A stretch of DNA of 32,000 nucleotides, taken from positions 3,240,001 to 3,272,000 of the forward strand of contig NC_009925.1 of the NCBI RefSeq assembly GCF_000018105.1. The letters are read 5' to 3'. The position numbers and the translations under genes are program-made. Positions 8,357 to 18,369 of this stretch are shown here, in pieces. Every line of letters begins with the position of its first letter. Positions within the stretch are counted from its first letter, which is position 1. The notes under the pieces were generated by a model that saw only the letters and a list, made by a program, of their open reading frames with translations, did not search any database and had not been told where the DNA came from. The stretch is from Acaryochloris marina MBIC11017 (GTDB lineage: Bacteria > Cyanobacteriota > Cyanobacteriia > Thermosynechococcales > Thermosynechococcaceae).

Positions 8357-10186
8357 TTATGGTCTGTACATCACCCAGCCTCTAGAGGTGAGAAACTGAC
8401 TGTTGGAGTTTGAATTGCCATAACTGAGCATTTCATGTTTGGCCGACTTGGGGCAGCCATCGGTACTCTGTTCACCAATACAGAGCAGCTTCCAGCCAGA
8501 AAAGGTAGTGGAACTACCGGGAGAAATCGGCTCAATACCAGGATTGACTGATTGAAATTGGTTAAATAATTGATTCAGTGCTAAAAATTGGGACTGACTG
8601 AGAGATGCAATGTTGGCACTGTAAGCGGGAATGGGTTGATTAGGATTTTGGATCACTTGATCAACAATAGAAATCTCAGGCTGCCTTGCTGGTGGGGGCG
8701 TACTCCCAAGATCTTGCACATCAGGCTTGGCCCATTGGGGTTTGAGAGATATGCGACAGCGTGGATTGTCTAAGTTGCAGTACAACTCTTGACACTGAAG
8801 CTGTTGCCAAAGGGCTGCCTCGTCACTATAAAAGAAATCACTGCCAATTCCTGGACCTCTGGGTAAAAGAACATTACAGGCATGTTGTCGAGTGCCCGTA
8901 ATTTTTAATACGCCAGCCGTATAAGTCTGAATTTCGTCATTATTGCTATTGGCAACATTGACTGTTTTGGTAATGGTAGGGTTGGGGGGCGTGTCATGAC
9001 TGAGGGGGGCAGCCGAAATGGCTTCCTCATCTGGATCATTGAAGCTATCAGCAGGGGCGGCTGCCTCATCCTCAGCATCTTGCTCTGCAGCATTGGTAGA
9101 AATGATGGGATTCACTTCCTGAACGGGCGGTTTTAAGATCATGGCTGCTCCCATAATGCTGGCGGCAATTACACTAGTGCCTGCAATGACAGGAACCAAC
9201 CAGTTCTTACTCGGCTTTACCTCTGCTTGGTTAGACACTGGTGCAGCAGGTTGTGAAGTCATGGGTGTTGGCACGACATACTCAGTCGTTGCCAAGGTGT
9301 CTGAAGTTTGCGGAGTAGGTGGTATGGGTGGCGTATCCCTAATGGGAGTCGAAGGGTTGACGACGGTGGATTTTGCTTGTTGTAAGGCCTGAATGGCTTC
9401 TCCAGCGGTTTGATAGCGCTCTTTGAAGTGGTAGCGCACCATTTTGGTGAGAAATTGAGCAAAGCCACTGCTAACGTCGGCTTGGCCGATCCAAACTAGT
9501 TCGCCTTCGTCATCTTCTGGGAGTTGGGCAGGGGAGAGTCCGGTGAGGGCTTGAATACCAATAATGCCAACGGCATAAAGGTCGCTGCTAAATCGAGGTT
9601 TGCCACGGGTTTGTTCAGTGGGCATGTATCCTGGGGTGCCAATCGCGACAGTTTGGCTGACTTGTCCTGATATAACAGTTTGTTGGGCACGCACTTCTTT
9701 AACCGCTCCAAAGTCAATCAGAACCAGTTGGTTGTCCTGTTGGCGGCGAAGAATATTGTCTGGCTTAATGTCTCGATGAATCACCTTTTGGTCATGGACA
9801 AACGTAAGAATATTGAGAATTTCCTCCATTAGCTGGATAACCTGGGGTTCACTCCAACACTGGCCGAGAGGTAGCTCCTGAGTAAGCGGATGCCCTTCAA
9901 TAAATTCTTGTACCAGATAAAATTCAGCACTTTGCTCAAAGTAAGCTAACAGCTGGGGAATCTGAGAGTGCTTCCCCAGTTTTTGGAGAGTTTCTGCTTC
10001 GCTAAAAAATAAACGCTTAATCGTAGTGAGAAAGTCAGAATCTGCCTTGGCCGCATGGAGGCGCTTAACCACGCATTGGGGCTGACCTGGTAAGTGGGTG
10101 TCTTTGGCGATAAACGTTTGTCCCATCCCTCCAGCAGCGAGTGGTTGGATGATCTGGTAATGCCCAGCAAGAATTTGTTCAGTCAT
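8357..10186 (-). CDS. Hanks-type Ser/Thr protein kinase with one TM helix and a Cys-containing extracytoplasmic domain
   Basis: Gly-rich loop LAAGGMGQTF, VVKRL lysine, HRDIKPDN, DFG, GTPGYMPTE. Pro-rich linker. TM WLVPVIAGTSVIAASIMGAAMIL (res 329-351). ~258-aa C-terminal domain with 6 Cys. Confidence 0.9.
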   Translation of the reverse strand: MTEQILAGHYQIIQPLAAGGMGQTFIAKDTHLPGQPQCVVKRLHAAKADSDFLTTIKRLFFSEAETLQKLGKHSQIPQLLAYFEQSAEFYLVQEFIEGHPLTQELPLGQCWSEPQVIQLMEEILNILTFVHDQKVIHRDIKPDNILRRQQDNQLVLIDFGAVKEVRAQQTVISGQVSQTVAIGTPGYMPTEQTRGKPRFSSDLYAVGIIGIQALTGLSPAQLPEDDEGELVWIGQADVSSGFAQFLTKMVRYHFKERYQTAGEAIQALQQAKSTVVNPSTPIRDTPPIPPTPQTSDTLATTEYVVPTPMTSQPAAPVSNQAEVKPSKNWLVPVIAGTSVIAASIMGAAMILKPPVQEVNPIISTNAAEQDAEDEAAAPADSFNDPDEEAISAAPLSHDTPPNPTITKTVNVANSNNDEIQTYTAGVLKITGTRQHACNVLLPRGPGIGSDFFYSDEAALWQQLQCQELYCNLDNPRCRISLKPQWAKPDVQDLGSTPPPARQPEISIVDQVIQNPNQPIPAYSANIASLSQSQFLALNQLFNQFQSVNPGIEPISPGSSTTFSGWKLLCIGEQSTDGCPKSAKHEMLSYGNSNSNSQFLTSRGWVMYRP

Positions 10187-10520
10187 AATATCCCCTCTCT
10201 GTAATCAGCATTCCCTGTCAGAGCCGTGGATTTTTCATATAGGCAAGTCAATGCCTTTCAGGCTTTTGGGTAGTCATAGTAGGGGTTTCTAGAATGCACA
10301 AACCTAATCGTAAGGTGGAGTTTGCTAACCCTCCCCTATCAAACAAATGGCAGTATCGTGCTGGCATCTCGGTTGACGATGCCCATTTTAGAGTCTGAAA
10401 TATGAACTGTGCTGTGATAGCTGGTGGACGATACCAGGCTGTTCTAAAGATAACCAGCATTAAGACCCGCAATATCATGATTTGCTGTATGGTCTGAGCA
10501 ACTTACTGGCAACCGAATTT

Positions 10521-11105
10521 ATGACTGCTGACCATCCTTTATCGGCTCAACAACAAGAGCTTAGCCATCTCAATTTCCGTGTTTTGGAAGTGACGCCAGA
10601 TACGATTATTGGGGCTCGGCGGACGTTTAATTGGGAATGCCTGTTGACTTGGGTGAACTATACCGTCTTTGTTCGCCGCGTTCCTCTCCTCAATGCTCAA
10701 GTCATGGAAACCGATCAACAGAACTTAATGCAAAAGGCTCAGCAGGCGAATCAGTCACCATTGCCTAGAGGATTTCAATCGGGCAATGCGGTTTTGGTTG
10801 CCTATATTGCCGACCAAGTAGATTTAGAGGCGCGCCAACTCTGTCAGCGAAAAACTAAAATTCGCTTTGCTCAGTTTTATGTACCTGCTGCCTCGGATCA
10901 TGAAGGGCAAACGTATCTGATTCAAAAAACGCCCCTGTGGGGATTTATCTATTACGTCAAATTTCGCTACATTCTCAACCGTCTCTTAAAACCGACAGGA
11001 ACGCCGAATCAGGAACCCCGATCAACAGCTGGCCTGATCCTTACAGGAGTCTTTGTTCTGTACATGCTGTTCTTGGTCGTGATTCTGGCTACGATCTTTA
11101 ATTAG
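10521..11105 (+). CDS. Hypothetical protein with C-terminal TM anchor
   Basis: ORF with a first ATG at 10521 (the track start at 10482 is TTG). C-terminal hydrophobic helix LILTGVFVLYMLFLVVILATIF. No family recognised. Confidence 0.45.
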   Translation: MTADHPLSAQQQELSHLNFRVLEVTPDTIIGARRTFNWECLLTWVNYTVFVRRVPLLNAQVMETDQQNLMQKAQQANQSPLPRGFQSGNAVLVAYIADQVDLEARQLCQRKTKIRFAQFYVPAASDHEGQTYLIQKTPLWGFIYYVKFRYILNRLLKPTGTPNQEPRSTAGLILTGVFVLYMLFLVVILATIFN

Positions 11106-11271
11106 CAGTGAATGCTTAGATTGCGAAGGTGCCCCATCGGTTTGCTAGAGCTAGCGCTCTCCTCTCAGCAAATCCTCAAGTTTATTTATGAACCTCTCAG
11201 GGGCGGATCAAATCCCTCTCAAAATGTCCCGGCATTATTAGAGATAAGTTCAGTCTTACAGGGAATTTGTT

Positions 11272-11730
11272 ATGAAACGTCTTGCTTTTGGCACCTTATC
11301 CGCTTTTCTGCTCGCAACTAGTGTGATTCAGCCCAGTCTAGCTATTGAATCGGTTCTCCAAGGGAATGCCAATGAATCGTCTTTTCTCGTAGCTAAGAAA
11401 TCGGTTGTTGCATCTGGACAGTTTGTCACCGTCAAAAAACAATCCACAGGGTCTGCTCAAATTATTTCGAAAGGCGGCAAGCGCTATTTAGAATTAAGCA
11501 CTGACTTTAGTACTGCCAAAGGTCCTGATGTAAAAGTGGTCTTGTCTCGACAAGCTCAGGTTCCAGGCTCCATTGAAGAAGGAACTTATGTAACCCTAGC
11601 TCCTCTACAAAAGTTTCAGGGTAAGCAACTCTATGAACTTCCTAGCGATATTGATTTAGACGATTATGCATCAGTGGCTCTATGGTGCAGACAGTTTAAT
11701 GTCACGTTTGGGTATGCTCCCCTTAGTTAG
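11272..11730 (+). CDS. Secreted DM13-domain protein
   Basis: Signal peptide MKRLAFGTLSAFLLATSVIQPSLA. DM13-like core (GQFVTV...GSAQIISKGGKRYLELSTDFSTAKGPDVKVVLS...VALWCRQFNVTFGYAPL). Confidence 0.7.
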   Translation: MKRLAFGTLSAFLLATSVIQPSLAIESVLQGNANESSFLVAKKSVVASGQFVTVKKQSTGSAQIISKGGKRYLELSTDFSTAKGPDVKVVLSRQAQVPGSIEEGTYVTLAPLQKFQGKQLYELPSDIDLDDYASVALWCRQFNVTFGYAPLS

Positions 11731-11849
11731 TTTCATGATGGGGAGATGAGTGGTCTAATCCTCTGGACTGGAGTAGACTATCTCAGATTTGCTCTCAATC
11801 CTTGTCATGTGAATAGTGTTCGCCCGAGTCTCTTGTACCGATGGGGTAA

Positions 11850-11978
11850 TCTTCCAAGCGCTTCTATGAAGATTGCTCCATTTTTTATAGGGGCCGGTTG
11901 ATAGCTACAAATAAGGGTAAGGGTCTGGGTCTGACCTACAGTATCGTCAAGCGGGTCAATGGTGAACTTGAAGATTAG
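11850..11978 (+). pseudogene. Possible remnant of a histidine-kinase HATPase_c C-terminus
   Basis: A 42-codon open frame reads ...IFYRGRLIATNKGKGLGLTYSIVKRVNGELED*, resembling the F-box/G2-box end of sensor kinases (F.R....G.GLGL.IVK.IV). No start codon and no upstream kinase sequence. Confidence 0.3.
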
Positions 11979-12195
11979 GGTCTATGACACCTCGCAAGTG
12001 CTTGCTCACAATTGAGAAAAATGGCTGACTTGCTCGATGGGGTAATTGGTTGGCACGACTCAAGACAGAATGACAAGGGAAAAGCCCTAATGAAGGTTGA
12101 TCCTCGGGGTTGCGTTTGTCCATACCAAGAAGTTCGGTTATCTGGACAATAACCCGATATTTTAGTTCGGGCCTTGAAGCTACAATGGGTTAGCT

Positions 12196-12222
12196 TTAGC
12201 ACTCTCCTCTTGAGAGTGCTAG
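12196..12222 (+). promoter_or_regulatory. CIRCE operator (HrcA binding site) of groEL
   Basis: TTAGCACTC-N9-GAGTGCTAG against consensus TTAGCACTC-N9-GAGTGCTAA (one mismatch). A TACAAT -10-like hexamer lies at 12181-12186. The element ends 67 nt upstream of the groEL ATG. Confidence 0.85.
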
Positions 12223-12261
12223 TGTGCTGACAAACATGAAACGTTGTGTGTAATTCACTGA

Positions 12262-13965
<1,704 letters not shown>

Positions 13966-14016
13966 GCCCAAGCACCTATGACTCGTCAGCACTAAGTTAG
14001 CTCTGAGTCTTGCAAA

Positions 14017-14046
14017 ACAGCTTGTCATCTGACAGGCTGTTTTTTG
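14017..14046 (+). terminator. Rho-independent terminator of groEL
   Basis: Stem acagcttgtca / tgacaggctgt (one G-U) followed by TTTTT. Confidence 0.7.
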
Positions 14047-14385
14047 GTGTATGAGCAGTCATGCTAGAGAAAAGCAGCAGTTCCTAGTGTCAACCGCCGT
14101 TAGAGCCAGAATTTCAGGTTTGTTGAAGTCTTGAAATCAATATTCTCAAGGCAAAAAAGTGTCAGAGAATACAAAAAAACTATATTTAATCAAAATTTAA
14201 TTTTTTATCGGGTTTTGTAGGCCGATCTTTAATTTGAAAAGGGTATTATTAGATACAGAAATGAATCGTTCATCTTGCATCGCTTGTCTGTTTGATTCCT
14301 GATCAAAGGTGAGTCAGCAAGACGGAAGTAAGGCATTTACCTGAAGGAACGCGCCTCATCCCATCTATTCGGTCGGAGGCCAACC

Positions 14386-14832
14386 GTGAAATATTCCTAT
14401 CGTGGTGTCGAGTACACCCCTGTTTCTCCCTCAGTAGAAGTCACAGAAACTGAAATTATTGGCCACTATCGTGGCACTCCCTGCCGCCGCCGGCAGTATG
14501 CAACTACGGATCTTCATCAACCCACTCACGTTATGACCTATCGTGGCGTTGAGTATGGACAAGGAGTGAACAACTCTACAACTCGCCAAGAGTCTACCTT
14601 GCCTCAAACACCCAAGATTCCTGATGTTGTGCCTCAATCTATCTCTGTCGGAACAGCCATGAATTATTCCAGACCCTCTGGGCGTTTGGGTATTCGGGAT
14701 GTATCCGATTTGGAAAAAGTTCATAACACTTTTATTCGTCAGACCTTGGAGCATCGTCTTGCCGTTGCCAAACGTAAAGGTGATCAAGGACTGGTTCAAA
14801 TGCTAGAGCAAGAGCAGCATCAGCTGAATTAA
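14386..14832 (+). CDS. DUF4278-like protein
   Basis: GTG start preceded by GGAGG (14373-14377). Repeated YRGVEY motif (SYRGVEYTP, TYRGVEYGQ), characteristic of cyanobacterial DUF4278 proteins. Confidence 0.65.
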   Translation: MKYSYRGVEYTPVSPSVEVTETEIIGHYRGTPCRRRQYATTDLHQPTHVMTYRGVEYGQGVNNSTTRQESTLPQTPKIPDVVPQSISVGTAMNYSRPSGRLGIRDVSDLEKVHNTFIRQTLEHRLAVAKRKGDQGLVQMLEQEQHQLN

Positions 14833-14865
14833 CGCTAGCATCAGTCACTGAGTTACTTAAAAAGC

Positions 14866-14900
14866 AATGCCCTCGATTTAGCTAATCGAGGGCATTTTTG
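14866..14900. terminator. Bidirectional rho-independent terminator
   Basis: Perfect 13-bp stem aatgccctcgatt/aatcgagggcatt with a 5-nt loop. A-tract upstream and T-tract downstream. Confidence 0.75.
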
Positions 14901-15007
14901 TGATGGATAGACTAACCATGGCAGACATTAGCGAACAAAATACAATCCTCTGAACAGATATTCCAGCAAACTAATGACTTCTGGGGTATGGGTGTATAGT
15001 GGGCAGT

Positions 15008-15226
15008 CTAATCTATCGCTTTCAACAACTGTGAACGCTCTAAAGTCGCTTGTCCAAAGCCAGGAATCCATGCAATCCAGCGATCTCGATCTCCTGGGCA
15101 CAGCAGCAAAGCGGCATCTTCACTGTAGTCAGACAAGGGATTGCGGAGCTGCACCCATTGATGTGCTCTAGGAATAAAAACGTCGGCTGCTATGGATTGC
15201 TGAGGCTTTTTAGTAGAAATACTCAT
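15008..15226 (-). CDS. Small conserved-looking hypothetical protein (72 aa)
   Basis: ATG start. Sequence ...WVQLRNPLSDYSEDAALLLCPGDRDRWIAWIPGFGQATL... resembles a small cyanobacterial protein family as far as I recall. Two overlapping + strand ORFs look spurious. Confidence 0.45.
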   Translation of the reverse strand: MSISTKKPQQSIAADVFIPRAHQWVQLRNPLSDYSEDAALLLCPGDRDRWIAWIPGFGQATLERSQLLKAID

Positions 15227-15508
15227 TGCTAAGCTAAAATCCGTATCTTTTGATACAGAAATTTTATAGCTTTTTTGAAATTTTTTTGTCGTTGATGGTG
15301 AAACTTAACTTGGTGTCTAGACAGGCGATATGTCTCCCAATCCCTTACCTAGCCCCCATCTCCATAAAAGATGAAAAAGAGGGATGGATGGGCGATGTTA
15401 CGTAAAAGGCATAAAACCACATATTTGTATGGGTTTCTATAGGATTTGAGGCTTGTTTAATCAATTTTTTTATGGTCTAATCTGGCAAAATTTGCACCTG
15501 CGTTTTCC

Positions 15509-15616
15509 ATGATTACCTTCAATCCTGTGCTGCTTATTCTGACGATTGCTTCAGGATATTTATTTACGATCTATATGGTCTTAGGGCTGATAAAGCAAAG
15601 TGATCAGCTCCATTAA
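15509..15616 (+). CDS. Candidate 35-aa single-TM micropeptide
   Basis: ATG...TAA reads MITFNPVLLILTIASGYLFTIYMVLGLIKQSDQLH. It is below the ORF-track cutoff, has no clear SD, and is followed immediately by a strong hairpin. Confidence 0.25.
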   Translation: MITFNPVLLILTIASGYLFTIYMVLGLIKQSDQLH

Positions 15617-15619
15617 AAG

Positions 15620-15647
15620 CCCCCCAAAAGACCAGCCTTTTGGGGGG
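15620..15647 (-). terminator. Perfect 11-bp G/C+A/T hairpin, probable terminator of the CsgG-like gene
   Basis: ccccccaaaag-accagc-cttttgggggg. On the minus strand it is followed by CTTTTAA. It lies 75 nt downstream of the stop at 15722. Confidence 0.55.
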
Positions 15648-15721
15648 GATCGGTAGCTTGATTGGCCATGCGTCTGAGGAGCAATTGCTAGGACTGTCCT
15701 AGACAGTATACAGCTGTGAAT

Positions 15722-16732
15722 TTACTCAACGGCTTTGGCTACGTCTCCAACCTTAAAACCTGTGCCGGTCAGAATCTTGCCGACAGAGGATTGGGCATCG
15801 ACTTCGGTGAGTTGAATGCGACCCACAGACTGAGTCTGGCGACGTAATAATTTACCCGTTGTCGGATCCTTAATATCTTTGATCACTCGTTCGACAGAGA
15901 CAACCATACCAGGGCGAAAGCCATGAACGCCCCCCTTGTTGAGAACGATTTGATTGCCAGTGACATCGGCAACCACCATTTCTTCTACAGGGAGAGTGGC
16001 GGGCTTGGCCGCGAGCTTAGGAGCTACTGCTGCAAGTTGGGATACAATTTTATCCACGGCTTGACCTGAAGCTTCACCCAAGAGGCGCTCGCTACTGTCA
16101 GAGTTGCTATCAACACCAATACCAAAAATACGACCACGACCCCCACTTTTATCTGCTTGGCCGGTGCCTTCAGCAGCGGTGAGAATTTCTCCTGTGGCTG
16201 TACTGACGAGGCGGGTAGAGAGTTGAACCGTTGCAAGCTGGGTTTTTTGTTTGCCTCCTAGACCAAAGAATCCTCCAATAGAACCGCCTTTGGATTGTTC
16301 TTCGATATGAAACTGAGTAATGGAACCAATCAGGACTGCATCGACTCCAAGGACTCGACCAATTTGAGCAGCAGTGGTGGGCTCAATCCGACCTGATGCG
16401 CCTAGGTTCTGTTCAGCTAGGATGGTGTCAATTTTGCTGCGTTCCACCAGGACGTAGGTGCCATCTTTGACGAGTTCATTGGTCAGCAGATTACTGATAC
16501 CTCGGGATGCGCCGTTTTTGCCGTATAACCCATAGCTAATCCCAGTTTTGCTAACGTTGGCATAATCGAAGTCGAGAACGGCGATGCGTCGGCTTTCTTT
16601 GACTTTGATTTGCTCAACCCCAATGCCTGGAGCGCTGAAGGGGTTGGCATAGACTGAACCCGGAACGCAAAAAGCGGTTAGAACCGTGAGGGCAATAGAA
16701 AGTTTCGCAATGGGTAAAACTGTATGTTTCAT
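15722..16732 (-). CDS. CsgG/HfaB-family (curli-type secretion channel-like) protein
   Basis: Signal peptide, then IAVLDFDYANVS...GISNLLTNELVKDGTYVLVERSKIDTILAEQNL, typical of the CsgG fold. Extra C-terminal ~90-aa beta-rich domain. Confidence 0.75.
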   Translation of the reverse strand: MKHTVLPIAKLSIALTVLTAFCVPGSVYANPFSAPGIGVEQIKVKESRRIAVLDFDYANVSKTGISYGLYGKNGASRGISNLLTNELVKDGTYVLVERSKIDTILAEQNLGASGRIEPTTAAQIGRVLGVDAVLIGSITQFHIEEQSKGGSIGGFFGLGGKQKTQLATVQLSTRLVSTATGEILTAAEGTGQADKSGGRGRIFGIGVDSNSDSSERLLGEASGQAVDKIVSQLAAVAPKLAAKPATLPVEEMVVADVTGNQIVLNKGGVHGFRPGMVVSVERVIKDIKDPTTGKLLRRQTQSVGRIQLTEVDAQSSVGKILTGTGFKVGDVAKAVE

Positions 16733-16828
16733 GAAAGTAGCGTCCAGTACATCCTTAAAGGTTTTGACGGTAGTGAGAAAGATTCAGTTTCCAGATCTTA
16801 AGAAATAGAATCTGGAAGGAGAAAAAAG

Positions 16829-18085
16829 TTAACGATCACAAATGGTATGAATCGACTGTCGGCAGTTCTTGGAGGCAATATTGATCGCTTCTAAGGCTCG
16901 CTGATAATCAGCTTGGTTGTTGTCTTTAAGCGCTAGATCGGCGGCGGTGCGTAAGTCGGTGAGGGCGGCCCCTTGTTGACCTTGGTTGAGATATACAATC
17001 CCTCGGTTGTAGTAGAGAATGGCGTGGTCTCCCTGGAGCTGAATGGCCTGGGAGTAATCTGCGATCGCACCCCTCGTATCCCCTAGAGACGATTGCACCA
17101 AAGCCCGACCAATATAGGCTTGCAGCAGATTTTTGTCCAACTGAATCGCCTGATTAAAATCCTGTAAGGCTCCCGTCTGATCTTGTTTGACGAGGCGAAT
17201 GCTGCCTCGCAGGGCATAGGCTGGGGCAAATTGAGAATTTTGGCTAATAGCCTGGGTGGTATTGCGTAACGCTCCGGCCATATTCCCCAGACGATATTGA
17301 TCTAAGGCTTGCACGTAGAAGTCAGAGGCACTGGAAGGTGCAGAGGGGATAGAGGTAATGGGTTTAATGGGGGTAGTGACGGTATTGGCCGGGGCCATCT
17401 TCAAGAAAGTATGAATCGGAATCCCGAGGTTAAACCCCGTTTTGATAAAGATATCGGGGTTGATATTTTGATTTTGAACCGTAGTGGTGGTGTCTGCACG
17501 GCCATGAATGCCTAGTAGTTTGCCGTCCTTATCTAGAACGGGTCCACCACTCATGCCGGGGAGAGTGTTGTTGGTATAAACCAGGGCATAGCCATCACTT
17601 AAGGGACGAGTGGCATTGGCCGTAATCGTGCCTGTGGTGAAGTTGTAGATAATATCTGTCAACGCCTGAGTTCGGCTGGGAAACCCGGCGACGTAGCTTT
17701 CGCTGCCTTCTGAGAGCTGTTGAGAGTCGCCAATTTTGACCACCGTATAGGGGCGGTCACTGGTAAATTCCAGTAAGGCTAAGTCAACCCCAGGAAATTT
17801 GGTAATCGTTTGCACATTGACGGGATATTCCTGGCCATCATTGGTGATCACGACGTATTCATCGACGGTGGCCACAACGTGGGCTGCGGTCAAAACGGTA
17901 TAGCGATTGCCATTGCGTTTGATAATTACGCCAGAGCCGGGGGCTTGGCTATCGACCCGCACAGTGATTTGTTTGGCGACTTTGTTAATTTCAGCGGGGC
18001 TAAGGGCGAGGGTGACTTGCGGTGCCAAGACCATGGCGGCAACCGTTCCTAGGAGCAGGGTGGAAAATTTTTGGGGAATGTTCAT
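16829..18085 (-). CDS. Secreted trypsin-like (S1) serine protease fused to TPR repeats
   Basis: Signal peptide. Catalytic triad contexts TAAHVV, DLALLEF, GMSGGPV. C-terminal ~170 aa form TPR-like repeats (AYALRGSIRL..., AYIGRALVQS..., LYYNRGIVYL...). Confidence 0.85.
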   Translation of the reverse strand: MNIPQKFSTLLLGTVAAMVLAPQVTLALSPAEINKVAKQITVRVDSQAPGSGVIIKRNGNRYTVLTAAHVVATVDEYVVITNDGQEYPVNVQTITKFPGVDLALLEFTSDRPYTVVKIGDSQQLSEGSESYVAGFPSRTQALTDIIYNFTTGTITANATRPLSDGYALVYTNNTLPGMSGGPVLDKDGKLLGIHGRADTTTTVQNQNINPDIFIKTGFNLGIPIHTFLKMAPANTVTTPIKPITSIPSAPSSASDFYVQALDQYRLGNMAGALRNTTQAISQNSQFAPAYALRGSIRLVKQDQTGALQDFNQAIQLDKNLLQAYIGRALVQSSLGDTRGAIADYSQAIQLQGDHAILYYNRGIVYLNQGQQGAALTDLRTAADLALKDNNQADYQRALEAINIASKNCRQSIHTICDR

Positions 18086-18099
18086 GCAGTGTCCTAAAA

Positions 18100-18116
18100 A
18101 TATGCCATTGGCATAT
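18100..18116. promoter_or_regulatory. Perfect 8-1-8 palindrome ATATGCCAtTGGCATAT just upstream of the protease start
   Basis: Read directly. It lies 15-31 nt upstream of the ATG at 18085 (minus strand). Candidate operator or 5'-UTR hairpin. Confidence 0.3.
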
Positions 18117-18369
18117 AAACCGATGCTTGGATGTCTTACCTAGTTAGCATATGACTCTGGTTCGAGGATACCCTAACCCTGTTTGAGGTTAGACAAGGTT
18201 TTATTCACCAGAATAAAAACCAGCATCTGTTTTAATCTTAACGACTTAATTTTAGGAGACTAAGACTTGGATCACGGCTAGGGAGTGATCTTGGAAGGGT
18301 CTTGGCCGCTTTTGGTGATGCCAATTATGAGGTAGAGGATAGAGAAGTAAACCCTTGCCAGATCTGGTT

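Noticed and set aside
14252-15262. Exact 11-mer GATACAGAAAT occurring at 14252 and 15252, exactly 1000 nt apart
   Set aside because: In a 32-kb window, on the order of a hundred random 11-mer coincidences are expected. There is no extended similarity around either copy, and the round-number spacing is coincidental.
18271-18291. Short inverted repeat GATCAC-N9-GTGATC just outside the ISL3 left end
   Set aside because: It has only 6-bp arms and is adjacent to, but not part of, the 24-bp terminal IR. It is too short to separate from chance.
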